A program made the position numbers and the translations under genes. 64,000 nucleotides of DNA, taken from the sequence record MZ779063.1. One strand, given 5' to 3'. Below the pieces are notes generated by a model. That model was not told the origin of the DNA. It was given only the letters and a program-made list of their open reading frames with translations, and searched no databases. Positions 8,540 through 18,114 of the stretch are shown one piece after another. How positions within the stretch are numbered: the first letter of the stretch is position 1; each line of letters begins with the position of its first letter.

Positions 8540-9025
8540 ATGAATTATTTAAAGAATGAAAAAGGGGAGGTCTTTCCAGTCAATGAAGAAGGAATGGAGA
8601 ATATCATATTCTTTCTTCTAGACTACTCACAGAAAAATGATTATAACACAATGAATTTGATTAAAGAGATAAATGATCACGTGATGAAAGGCGAAAATAT
8701 AAGTAATGAATTTATTAATGAAAAAACAAAAGAAACGATATTAACTTTAGGTAAAGTAAAAGGTAATTTAACTAATGAATTAGCTAGAAGTGGTTATATA
8801 GTTAATTTCTCTAGAAATAAAATATCACTATCGATATATGTAAAAAATAATAGTTTTAAATTAGTAAGAATTTCAGATCATAATATTAATAAAAAAATAA
8901 ATAAAAAAGGTGTAATCAGTAATAGATTTGACGGACAATTAGTATGTAAAAATAATCTAGTTAAATCTTCTGATTTGAAAAAGCATGGAATTGATATTAA
9001 TGAAGGAATATATTATTTAGAATAG
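8540..9025 (+). CDS. Hypothetical protein with SxxIY...VRISDH motif
   Basis: 161-aa ORF; RISDH-type motif. Confidence 0.75.
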   Translation: MNYLKNEKGEVFPVNEEGMENIIFFLLDYSQKNDYNTMNLIKEINDHVMKGENISNEFINEKTKETILTLGKVKGNLTNELARSGYIVNFSRNKISLSIYVKNNSFKLVRISDHNINKKINKKGVISNRFDGQLVCKNNLVKSSDLKKHGIDINEGIYYLE

Positions 9026-9026
9026 G

Positions 9027-9320
9027 ATGAAACTATATATGAAAAAGATAATAATGTTTTTAGGTATTTTGTTACTAACAACGGTATTGGTCGGTTGTGG
9101 AGAAAGTGTTGATTCAAAAGATAAAAAAGATTCAATCAAAACAGTAACTATTTATAGTAAAGGCGGTAAAGTATTACATCAATATGAAGGAAAAGTTAGT
9201 GCTGAGAGAGTAACGGATAACAAATTTACTAAAATTGATATAGACGGTAAGAAATTAAGAGTTGTAAATGCAGATGTAGTTATTGAAGAAAAAGGTATTG
9301 AGAAATTTGAAACAAAATAA
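9027..9320 (+). CDS. Lipoprotein
   Basis: Signal peptide MKKIIMFLGILLLTT with lipobox VLVG-C. Confidence 0.8.
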   Translation: MKLYMKKIIMFLGILLLTTVLVGCGESVDSKDKKDSIKTVTIYSKGGKVLHQYEGKVSAERVTDNKFTKIDIDGKKLRVVNADVVIEEKGIEKFETK

Positions 9321-9328
9321 AGATTAAG

Positions 9329-9372
9329 TATATATTATAATTATGAAGAAAGATATTATCATATATCTTTCT
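9329..9372 (+). promoter_or_regulatory. Early promoter plus conserved 5' hairpin
   Basis: TATATATTAT 9329-9338; hairpin 9347-9372 homologous to 83-109. Confidence 0.7.
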
Positions 9373-9382
9373 AATAAAATTA

Positions 9383-9694
9383 ATGGAGGAATTTGTTATG
9401 GCAAAATTAAATGAAGAAGTATTAAGAGACTTTCAAGTAAAAACTGAAATTGATGGAGAATTTGAAGTAATGGAATCTGATGAGCTTGGTGTTGATGAAG
9501 CTTATGAAATTGAATTAATTAAAGAATTGGGATTAGATGTCGATTCAAGTGTATTCTCTTATGCAATATCAGAAAAAGATGATGAAGAAAATACGTATAC
9601 TTTAGAATATAGTCATGAAGGCGTTCTATTAACTATTCATGATATCGATTTTGAAAATGGTATTCATGATACTATTTATAAAAATGTAATTTAA
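9383..9694 (+). CDS. Small acidic hypothetical protein
   Basis: Likely start ATG 9398 after GGAGG; D/E-rich. Confidence 0.75.
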   Translation: MEEFVMAKLNEEVLRDFQVKTEIDGEFEVMESDELGVDEAYEIELIKELGLDVDSSVFSYAISEKDDEENTYTLEYSHEGVLLTIHDIDFENGIHDTIYKNVI

Positions 9695-9703
9695 TGATTT
9701 AAG

Positions 9704-9736
9704 TATAGCTGATATCTTTAACGGATATCAGCTATA
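9704..9736 (+). terminator. Intrinsic terminator
   Basis: 13-bp stem TATAGCTGATATC/GATATCAGCTATA plus T-tract. Confidence 0.8.
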
Positions 9737-9777
9737 TTATTTTTATTTTTTTACTTAAAGGAGATGAAAAGGATAAT

Positions 9778-10389
9778 ATGAATTATTTTGAATTGGAATA
9801 TACAGGTTTAATTAATAATAATAAATTAGATAATCTAGTTCTACACAAACAAGAAAATGAAGAAATTGAATCGGGTGTTTTAAATATGGTTTTATTTAAA
9901 TTGTATCTAAAAGAATTCTATAATGATAATATGGATGATAATGATTTATGTAAGAAACTAAAAATGGAAATAAGAAGTATTCATAGTTATAATAATTCAG
10001 AAATTTATATTAATGAAGACTTTGCTGAAATATATGATGGTATTAATCCGAATAATAATATTAAATCAGGAAAAATAAATAAAGATTATGAATATTTATT
10101 TAAATTTATTAAAGATAATATAAATGAAAAAGATTTAAATAATATACATGTGATTAAATTTACAACATTTGAAATAGAGAAATATAAACCTGTTGTGATT
10201 TTTATAAACTCAGATAAACTTAGAATTAAGACCAATAAATCAATTAGTAGATATACATCAACAAATGAATTTGTATTCTATAATATTTCAAGCGAAAGTT
10301 TATATACATTAATGAAAAATACAAATAGAATAAGAAATATAACGGAAAAAGAATATAAAAAAGAATTAGTTAAAAGGAGTTTTTTATAA
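9778..10389 (+). CDS. Hypothetical protein, C-terminal tag family member 2
   Basis: Ends NITEKEYKKELVKRSFL. Confidence 0.8.
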   Translation: MNYFELEYTGLINNNKLDNLVLHKQENEEIESGVLNMVLFKLYLKEFYNDNMDDNDLCKKLKMEIRSIHSYNNSEIYINEDFAEIYDGINPNNNIKSGKINKDYEYLFKFIKDNINEKDLNNIHVIKFTTFEIEKYKPVVIFINSDKLRIKTNKSISRYTSTNEFVFYNISSESLYTLMKNTNRIRNITEKEYKKELVKRSFL

Positions 10390-10937
10390 TGTATGAAGTT
10401 AATAAAAAATTTAAATATGCTAAAAGAGATAAAGAATTCACATTATTCCACCATAAATCAAAAGAAAAAATAACTGATTCATTTATAATTAATAATTATA
10501 TTTCATATGTATTATATCAATGCTACGAAAGAACACCAGGAAATGCAGAAGTTTGGTTGGAAATTAATGATATAAATAATATAAAAGGTGATTTCTTATT
10601 TAAATTTATGTTTGACAACAGACCTTCTTTTGGTTCTAATTATTTTCCTAAGTGTAAATTAAATATACAAGATAACAGTGATAATAATATTGTAACTATT
10701 GAATTTAGTGATAAATATAAAAGACATAATTTTATTCTAGAAGAAATATCTAAATTTAATAATGTTCATATTAATTTTTATGAAGAAGTATTATTTACTA
10801 ATGAAGATGAAGAATTCAAGTTATTAAAGAATGTATTTAAAACTGATAACATTAAATATTACCAAAATAAAGATTTAATTAGTTATATTTCAGACAAAGA
10901 AGCTAGAAAAATTTTAGTAAAAGAAAACTTTAAATAG
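10389..10937 (+). CDS. Hypothetical protein, C-terminal tag family member 3
   Basis: Ends YISDKEARKILVKENFK; TAATG coupling to previous gene. Confidence 0.8.
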   Translation: MYEVNKKFKYAKRDKEFTLFHHKSKEKITDSFIINNYISYVLYQCYERTPGNAEVWLEINDINNIKGDFLFKFMFDNRPSFGSNYFPKCKLNIQDNSDNNIVTIEFSDKYKRHNFILEEISKFNNVHINFYEEVLFTNEDEEFKLLKNVFKTDNIKYYQNKDLISYISDKEARKILVKENFK

Positions 10938-10953
10938 AATAGGGGCAAATAAA

Positions 10954-11487
10954 TTGAATAAATATTTTAAATTTAAATTAAATAATAAAAGTGATTACGA
11001 TGTATTTAAATTTTCAGGAAATGAAGAAGAAATAAGCGATTCTAAAATTATAGAGTCTTATTTTGATTATATGTTTAATTATTATATAAATGAAGCAATA
11101 CCTGACTCCAGTATGATTAATATTGCTGTATTTACTGAAGGTAAAAGAAAAAGATTATTGAGATTTACTATAGATAAACCACCAATTTATATAAAAGAGC
11201 CAGTTAGTACTTTATTTATGAATGAAAATGATGAAGATAAACAAATTAATTTTAAAGAATTTAACGAAATTAAAAAATTTATACACGAAAAGATTATGGA
11301 ATTGAATAAAGGTGAATTTTATATTTATATTGATTATAATTTTGATTATTCTTATAGAATAGATTACGATGATGTATTTGATAAAATATTATTTAATAAA
11401 AATAATCTAAATCTTTATTCATCATTTATTAAAGAAACAGATGAAAATGAATATAAAAATTATCTAGTAAGAGAGAATTTTAAATAA
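10954..11487 (+). CDS. Hypothetical protein, C-terminal tag family member 4
   Basis: Ends ETDENEYKNYLVRENFK. Confidence 0.8.
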   Translation: MNKYFKFKLNNKSDYDVFKFSGNEEEISDSKIIESYFDYMFNYYINEAIPDSSMINIAVFTEGKRKRLLRFTIDKPPIYIKEPVSTLFMNENDEDKQINFKEFNEIKKFIHEKIMELNKGEFYIYIDYNFDYSYRIDYDDVFDKILFNKNNLNLYSSFIKETDENEYKNYLVRENFK

Positions 11488-11504
11488 GGAAGTGAGACAG
11501 ATAA

Positions 11505-12281
11505 ATGGAATATGTTATGATAAATAAATTATTAACAAAAAATGATTCATCTGAATTAAAAATAAACATGGTTAAACTATATAAAGAGGAAGAAGACTTT
11601 TTCAATTTCTTTTTAAACTTTATTATAGAATATAATTCATATTATATAGGAAATTATAAATACTTTTATAGTATAGATTCATTATCAGATTATAATTCAG
11701 ATTATCAAATAAATGGAAATCCTTATGTGCCATTTGAGGAAGGGATAAAGGTAAATGAAGTCATTCATATTTATAAAAATAAATTATTTAGGAATATAAG
11801 TAAAGATATTGAAAATAGAATAACCGTACTTTATGTAGAAGACAAAGAAGACGATATTTTCTATTATATATTAATATCTAATTACTTTAATAAAAAATTT
11901 AAAAAAGAATATAAAGAAGAACTTCCCGATAAAGAAAAATTGTTAGCTAGACTTATAGTAAGATCCTTTCTAAATGAAAAAATTTTATTAGATTCACATT
12001 CAGAATTTTTAGTTATTAAAGATAAAGAAAAATTGAATAATTTAATTAATAATTTAATGAAAAATCAAAAATACAAAATTTTAAACTTTGATTTCTTAAG
12101 TAATAGGGAATTAAAATATAATGGAGTAATATTTAATACAAATTTATATGATAATAAACTAATCCTGAAGTATTTAAAAGGAATAGACTACAAAGATATT
12201 ATTAATAAAGATAAAGAAAAAATTACGTTTATAAATGAAAAAGGATATAAAAAACTAGCAGTGAAAGAATCATTTAAATAA
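11505..12281 (+). CDS. Hypothetical protein, C-terminal tag family member 5
   Basis: Ends FINEKGYKKLAVKESFK. Confidence 0.8.
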   Translation: MEYVMINKLLTKNDSSELKINMVKLYKEEEDFFNFFLNFIIEYNSYYIGNYKYFYSIDSLSDYNSDYQINGNPYVPFEEGIKVNEVIHIYKNKLFRNISKDIENRITVLYVEDKEDDIFYYILISNYFNKKFKKEYKEELPDKEKLLARLIVRSFLNEKILLDSHSEFLVIKDKEKLNNLINNLMKNQKYKILNFDFLSNRELKYNGVIFNTNLYDNKLILKYLKGIDYKDIINKDKEKITFINEKGYKKLAVKESFK

Positions 12282-12359
12282 ATAATAAATATTCTCATCC
12301 ATTCATTATATAATAACTTTTAATTATATAATAATTTTTAGAATGGATGAGATGCTTTT

Positions 12360-13019
12360 ATGAGTAATTATTTATATCGTTTTAACAAAGAGAATGTAAA
12401 TATCTTCTATCATAAAAGGACTAATAATGGTCATAAAATGTTATTTAATAATAGTAATGATAAAGATAGATCTATATACTTAATAAATACTGATGAAGAA
12501 ATCAATAATATGGAACTAGTATCTAAATATATTGCTGGAAAAGTATTTGAAATACTAAACCAAGAAAATATGAAAATAGTACATATGGATTTCTTTAATA
12601 GTAAATTAGAATTCTTTATAAGTAGATCATCCAAGAATAAATATATAATGAATATGTATTTTAGTTTAAAAAGTTATAATGATCTAATAGAAAATGAAAA
12701 AGAATTTATAGATAGTGTTAATGAGCTTAATTTAGACTTTTTAAAATCAGTTTCTTTAGATCAAGACAATAATCATGTATTAGATATGACATTAATATTT
12801 TTAATAGATAAAAATAAAATAGATGAATTTATTAAAAATCTATTTTACATTAATTATGTAAAGATAATAGAATTTATAATAGATACTATATCAGTATATG
12901 CAGATGATTACAAGAAATTTAATGAAGAAATAAATATTCTTTTGGATCATAGAAATTTTGTAGAGGAAATAACATATAAAGAATATAAAAAGATAATGAC
13001 AAAAGAGATGTTTATTTAA
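12360..13019 (+). CDS. Hypothetical protein, C-terminal tag family member 6
   Basis: Ends EITYKEYKKIMTKEMFI. Confidence 0.8.
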   Translation: MSNYLYRFNKENVNIFYHKRTNNGHKMLFNNSNDKDRSIYLINTDEEINNMELVSKYIAGKVFEILNQENMKIVHMDFFNSKLEFFISRSSKNKYIMNMYFSLKSYNDLIENEKEFIDSVNELNLDFLKSVSLDQDNNHVLDMTLIFLIDKNKIDEFIKNLFYINYVKIIEFIIDTISVYADDYKKFNEEINILLDHRNFVEEITYKEYKKIMTKEMFI

Positions 13020-13032
13020 GGAGTAATTAACT

Positions 13033-13743
13033 ATGAAGATTTCAGCCAATAAAGAATTATTAGGAAAGAAAGTTATACCTTTAGGTTTTAAACAACTTAA
13101 TAACTTATATAAAGATCATGATTATGTATATTTAAGAATTCCTGAAATATTTAATGTATTTGATAAGTATCAATTTAAAGATGATAAATTTGTATATCTT
13201 AAAACAGAAATAAAACCCAGTACTATTGTAGATTTAATAGATTCTTTATCAAGTGGTTTTAATTGGTTAATAAATGAATATATTTCTAATGATATACTAA
13301 ATATACATTATATAAAGAAAAATTTATTAGACATTTCCAATAGTGAATATAAAACTCTAGAAGAAACAAGATCTCAGTTAGATTTAGAATTAGAATTCAT
13401 AAGTAGTAATGAAAAACAAAGAAAGCAATCTAATATTTTAATAAAGGATATTCATAAAGAAATAAATTATATAAGGAATGAATACACAAAAGTATTCACT
13501 CTTAAGAAAAGTAAAACCAGAAATAATAAACCAATAAAAATAAAAATTAGAAATTTATATGATGAAGATCCAATATCTATATTAAAAATAATATTAGACT
13601 TAGGAGAAGAATATTGTATGAATAGTACTATATTTAACGCATTTACTTATTCATTAATGTTAACAAATAATTTAGATTTCATAGACGAAAAAGAATTTCA
13701 GGATATAGTTAAGAAAGAGAAAGTGAAAAATACTTTCATTTAA
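13033..13743 (+). CDS. Hypothetical protein, C-terminal tag family member 7
   Basis: Ends FIDEKEFQDIVKKEKVKNTFI. Confidence 0.8.
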   Translation: MKISANKELLGKKVIPLGFKQLNNLYKDHDYVYLRIPEIFNVFDKYQFKDDKFVYLKTEIKPSTIVDLIDSLSSGFNWLINEYISNDILNIHYIKKNLLDISNSEYKTLEETRSQLDLELEFISSNEKQRKQSNILIKDIHKEINYIRNEYTKVFTLKKSKTRNNKPIKIKIRNLYDEDPISILKIILDLGEEYCMNSTIFNAFTYSLMLTNNLDFIDEKEFQDIVKKEKVKNTFI

Positions 13744-13749
13744 AACATT

Positions 13750-13790
13750 ATTCATATAGTTTGAGGAAATTTTCCTTAAGCTATATGAAT
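13750..13790 (+). terminator. Intrinsic terminator closing the early block
   Basis: Long stem ATTCATATAG...CTATATGAAT with long T-tract. Confidence 0.8.
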
Positions 13791-13939
13791 TATTTTATTT
13801 TTTTTCTAAAAATATAAACTAATTTATATTAATAATTTTTATAATGTATCATTCACTTAGTCGCAAATATTTATTTATTTTAAGAACATAAATTTTATAT
13901 CAAATAATATAGAATTTTTAAAAAGGAGAATTTAATTTT

Positions 13940-14503
13940 ATGGAAAAATATGATAAATTAACTGAAGAATTAGAAGCTTTATATGAGCAATCTCAAGAAG
14001 AAGCTCTAGAAGAACAGTTCGAAAGCATTATCGAATCAACTGATGAAGATAAAGCAGAAGAAGTTGAAGATAAAGATTCTAAAGAAGATTCAGACGAAGA
14101 AGAAACATCTGTTGAAGAACAATTTAACAGTATCTTAGAATCAGAAGATGAAGAATCTGATGAGGAAGAAGATGACGAAGATTCAGAAGAAGAACCGGTT
14201 GAAGAATCTGATGAGGAAGATTCAGAAGACGATTCAGAAGATGATGAAGATTCTTTAGAAGAAGAATTAAATCGTTTATTTGAAGAAAATGAAGACCCAG
14301 AAATGGATGTCGAAAAGCAAACTACAAAAGCTAATGACATGAACTCAAAAAAATCATCTGACTCTACTGAACATCCTGAAGAAGATGTGAAAAAAATCAC
14401 TTCAGAAGATGAAGACGAAGAAGAAGATGCTGAAGATGACGAAGAAGAATCTACTAATGAAGATGAATCATTAGAAGAATCATTAGATCGTATCTTTGGT
14501 TAA
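13940..14503 (+). CDS. Extremely acidic repeat protein (possible prohead core/internal protein)
   Basis: D/E/S tracts punctuated by LEEQFESIIE / VEEQFNSILE / LEEELNRLFE / LEESLDRIFG. Confidence 0.75.
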   Translation: MEKYDKLTEELEALYEQSQEEALEEQFESIIESTDEDKAEEVEDKDSKEDSDEEETSVEEQFNSILESEDEESDEEEDDEDSEEEPVEESDEEDSEDDSEDDEDSLEEELNRLFEENEDPEMDVEKQTTKANDMNSKKSSDSTEHPEEDVKKITSEDEDEEEDAEDDEEESTNEDESLEESLDRIFG

Positions 14504-14524
14504 TTATTAATTAATCTTTAAAAT

Positions 14525-14558
14525 ATCCCCTAACCTTATTAATTTAAGGTTAGGGGAT
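14525..14558. terminator. Bidirectional terminator
   Basis: 14-bp stem between convergent genes. Confidence 0.8.
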
Positions 14559-14572
14559 TAATATTGTATTTT

Positions 14573-15031
14573 TTATCTGAAATAATTAGTATTATCAGTC
14601 ATTTTTCTTCCAAAAGCATCTAGTCCATCTAATGGATTAACTTTATCTCCAGTTGTTTTAAAATCATCTCCACCATAAGTGCCGCTAAAATTTGTATCTA
14701 CGCCTTTAGATAATTCTTCACTCATTTTATTTAAGTGTCTTACTCTTTCAACTTTTCTCTGATAATAGTCTTCTGCTTCTTGTTGAGATTTTAATCTATT
14801 TTCATCAATAGTTTCGTTATCTTTTAATTTAGTTACTGGAGTAAAACCATCCATAACTACATAAAATTTATCAATTTGATCCTGATAAATAAAAGGTATT
14901 TTAGTTTTTAAATGTAAAGTAGTTGGTTCATCTTCATACTGTAATGTCTCATATTCAAGTATATTACCTTCTTTATCGACAGTGACAGATATATCCATCA
15001 TAATTTCTTCTTTTTTCTTTTCTTCTGACAA
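14573..15031 (-). CDS. Hypothetical protein
   Basis: 152-aa ORF downstream of the tail fibre gene. Confidence 0.75.
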   Translation of the reverse strand: MSEEKKKEEIMMDISVTVDKEGNILEYETLQYEDEPTTLHLKTKIPFIYQDQIDKFYVVMDGFTPVTKLKDNETIDENRLKSQQEAEDYYQRKVERVRHLNKMSEELSKGVDTNFSGTYGGDDFKTTGDKVNPLDGLDAFGRKMTDNTNYFR

Positions 15032-15055
15032 GTCTTTTCATCTCTCTTTCATATT

Positions 15056-18052
15056 TTAGTTTCTTCCATAAATATAAGAGTTTAGGAACCAAGCATTTCC
15101 TTTTTGACCTGGTTTAACACGAGCTCGTATAGCTACTGAAGCTATAGATTGTTGTGGTATTCCTAAATCAACAATAATCTCTTTAAATTTAGTTTTAGTA
15201 ACACTAGTAGAAGTGTCTTTAGGTATTGATACAGTTTTATCAAAAATTACACCATTCTGTTCGTTAAAAGAGTCTACTTTAATATCTATACCACATTGTG
15301 GAGTAGCATACCATATACCAATGTGTAACCATCTAGTTTCATGTTGACCGTATAATGTCATAGCACGTCTAAAGTAGCTACCTGTAGTCTTATCACTAAA
15401 CATAAATGCATTACCGACATTTTTAAATCTAGGAGTACCATTAGACATTAAATCTTGCACACCAGGTTCTGAACGTACATAAGCTGTAGTGAATCGTGGC
15501 ATACCATTGTATACTAAATAACCACCATCAGGGCGTTTGATAGTGATACCGCCTTTAACTTCTCCCATAGCATCTAACATAGTTTGAACAACTATATTTT
15601 TAGACATTAAATTAGTAATAGCAGCTTCTTTAATAGTAGCTCTACCATTAGAAATTATTACATCACCATCATTAATATCAACCATCTTAGATTTTAATTT
15701 AATACTATTAGGATCAATATCAAAAGAAGATAATTTATCATTAGATGAAGATGACATAGTAATACCATCAGCTAATAGAGATAATGCAGAACCCATTTTT
15801 TCTATTTTAGTTTTATCAGCATTGTAAGTTTCTTTAGTAACACTTAGAGCGATATTATTTTCTGTTTGACTAATTCTACTTTCCATATTAGTAATTCTAG
15901 CATTACTATCTTTAATAGACGGTTGCCAAGCAGTAGATTTATTACCTTCTTCAACTTTTAATCCTTCAATATCAACAGACATTGGGAAAGTTCCATTTTT
16001 ATTAATAATCATATTAATTAATGTGTCAGTTGTAAATGAATCATTAGGAATAAATACTACTTCTATTAATGTTAAAGCAGAAGTATCATCAAACGTAATA
16101 TTACGTGAATCTTGACCTTTAGCAACACCATTAACAAAAGTATTAGTTATAGTTGAATTAGGTATACTAATATCAACATTAGTTAATGTACCAGTTTTCT
16201 TTTCTAAGTTAAAGCTTAATATGTGTTCACGTCTATTTCTAACTTTATCTAATTTAAATTTAATACCTTGACCGTTAGCAGTTAAAGCTGTATTAAGTTC
16301 TCCGTATTCTAAATAATTAGTTTTAGTTAAAGTTACAGAACCAATTGGTGTAATATTAGCAATGCTAATTAAGTTCATACCGCCAACTGTAATTTTACCG
16401 GCTTCTGTAACAGCATAACCATTAGAAATACTGTCAATAGATTTTTGAATAGCATCTTTAATATTCGATTGAGCTTCATTATATCTCAAGTAGTTAGTAT
16501 TAAATTGAGCTATTTCTTCTTGAGTGGCTACACCGTCAATAATAGTATTAGTGATATCTTGTATTAGTATATTATATTTCTCATTAAATAAATCATATTT
16601 ATTTTTTAAATCTGTTTTTACTGAATTAGCCATCATTTTATTAGGATAAAGTGTATTAAAGATTTTATCTATTTCAGCTTTATCTTTATCAATAACATTT
16701 TTCTGTTTATCAATAGCAATTCTTTCAGCATTAGATATAATACCATCTTTGAAAGCTTCAGTAACTGTATCACCTAAACCTACAGCATTCTTTTCGATAT
16801 TAGTTATTTTACCATTAATAGTTTTATTATAGTTTTCTAACATATTATCATAATCTTCAGGTGCAGCTGTCCAGTCAGAAGACACACTACCTCGTTCAAC
16901 TTTAACTCTAGCAATATCAAATGTACCACTTAATCCATTAAGGTCAGTATCTACTCCAAGAAGCAATTTAGTATTATTTCTTCCAGTTAGTGTTTGTTTA
17001 TATACAAATGAATATCTATGCCATTCTTCATCAATATCTAAATACTTTTCAGCGATTGGTGTAGAATAATTACCAGAAGGATCAATGAAGTAACAATAAT
17101 CAAGTCTATTAAATGTATCTGATCTAAAATCAAATGAAATAGTATAAGTCTCATTATATTCTAGTTTAAAACCATTATAACTTTGAGCTCCTACTTGTCC
17201 TTCAATACCTTCAGTATTAATTGTAAAATAACTTTTACCGTTACTGTCTTGTCCAAAAGTTAAAGCATTTGGGTTTGATGAATTTAAAGCATCCGGTTTT
17301 AACAACCAATTACCTGAAACAGCTAAAGAATTTTCTAATAAGTTTTTACCACCAATAACAATACCGTCAATTTCAGATTTAGAAACTGTTTGTTCTATTA
17401 AGTCTGCAAATTGAGATATCTGACTTTCAAATTCAGTTACTTTATTATTAACCGTATCTATATCAGCTCTAGTAACTGTATCTTGTAGAACTCTAGCTGT
17501 TTGTTCTCTAAATGATTCTAATTTAGTAATACTATCATTAATTTCATTAAGAGTGTAATCAGTAGCTATACTCTTAATGGACTCTGCAGTTTGTTCTACT
17601 TTAGTACTTAAATATTGTATAGATGATTCATATTTATTAACTTTAGACATTGCTATTGATAGGGACTCTTCATTAGATGAAACTCTTCCATTTAAAGAAT
17701 CTAGATTACCTTTAATATCAGAATCCCATCCACCTTCAGCAACGCTATCAATATAGTCAATACTTAGTTTTTGGTATTTTCTTAATTCAGTTTTTAATGT
17801 ATCAAGTGTAACATAGTTAGATAAATCTAAATCAATATCGTGACTACCATCTAAATTTCTTAATTTTTCTATTAAATTATCATTTTCTTTATCTAAAGAA
17901 TCAATACTTGTATTTAAGACATTAATTCTATTTTTATTATCTTCTGACAGATTTTTAATGCTATCTTGTTCTTGTAATAAAGAATTGAATTTCGATTTAA
18001 TAGAATTTATTTCTTCATTTATTTGAAGAAGATTTTTTTCTTTATCTTCCAT
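15056..18052 (-). CDS. Tail fibre / receptor-binding protein (998 aa)
   Basis: Coiled coils alternating with GGxNL...KVExGxxxxxWxxxxxD beta-sandwich modules; C-terminal RWLHI...DLGIP domain. Confidence 0.75.
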   Translation of the reverse strand: MEDKEKNLLQINEEINSIKSKFNSLLQEQDSIKNLSEDNKNRINVLNTSIDSLDKENDNLIEKLRNLDGSHDIDLDLSNYVTLDTLKTELRKYQKLSIDYIDSVAEGGWDSDIKGNLDSLNGRVSSNEESLSIAMSKVNKYESSIQYLSTKVEQTAESIKSIATDYTLNEINDSITKLESFREQTARVLQDTVTRADIDTVNNKVTEFESQISQFADLIEQTVSKSEIDGIVIGGKNLLENSLAVSGNWLLKPDALNSSNPNALTFGQDSNGKSYFTINTEGIEGQVGAQSYNGFKLEYNETYTISFDFRSDTFNRLDYCYFIDPSGNYSTPIAEKYLDIDEEWHRYSFVYKQTLTGRNNTKLLLGVDTDLNGLSGTFDIARVKVERGSVSSDWTAAPEDYDNMLENYNKTINGKITNIEKNAVGLGDTVTEAFKDGIISNAERIAIDKQKNVIDKDKAEIDKIFNTLYPNKMMANSVKTDLKNKYDLFNEKYNILIQDITNTIIDGVATQEEIAQFNTNYLRYNEAQSNIKDAIQKSIDSISNGYAVTEAGKITVGGMNLISIANITPIGSVTLTKTNYLEYGELNTALTANGQGIKFKLDKVRNRREHILSFNLEKKTGTLTNVDISIPNSTITNTFVNGVAKGQDSRNITFDDTSALTLIEVVFIPNDSFTTDTLINMIINKNGTFPMSVDIEGLKVEEGNKSTAWQPSIKDSNARITNMESRISQTENNIALSVTKETYNADKTKIEKMGSALSLLADGITMSSSSNDKLSSFDIDPNSIKLKSKMVDINDGDVIISNGRATIKEAAITNLMSKNIVVQTMLDAMGEVKGGITIKRPDGGYLVYNGMPRFTTAYVRSEPGVQDLMSNGTPRFKNVGNAFMFSDKTTGSYFRRAMTLYGQHETRWLHIGIWYATPQCGIDIKVDSFNEQNGVIFDKTVSIPKDTSTSVTKTKFKEIIVDLGIPQQSIASVAIRARVKPGQKGNAWFLNSYIYGRN

Positions 18053-18090
18053 TATTAAATTTCACCAAACTTTCATTTTTATTTAAATAA

Positions 18091-18102
18091 TAAGTTGATG
18101 TT
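18091..18102 (-). promoter_or_regulatory. Late promoter AACA-N6-TA
   Basis: AACA TCAACT TA upstream of fibre gene; matches AR9 late consensus. Confidence 0.6.
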
Positions 18103-18114
18103 TTATGATTTTAA

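Noticed and set aside
4678-9780. Recurring GGAG(A/T)TGA-NNN-GGATATG leaders
   Set aside because: Explained as extended Shine-Dalgarno complementarity to the Firmicute 16S 3' end
13993-14400. Minus-strand poly-Ser ORF
   Set aside because: Antisense shadow of the GAA/GAT-rich acidic gene; no RBS
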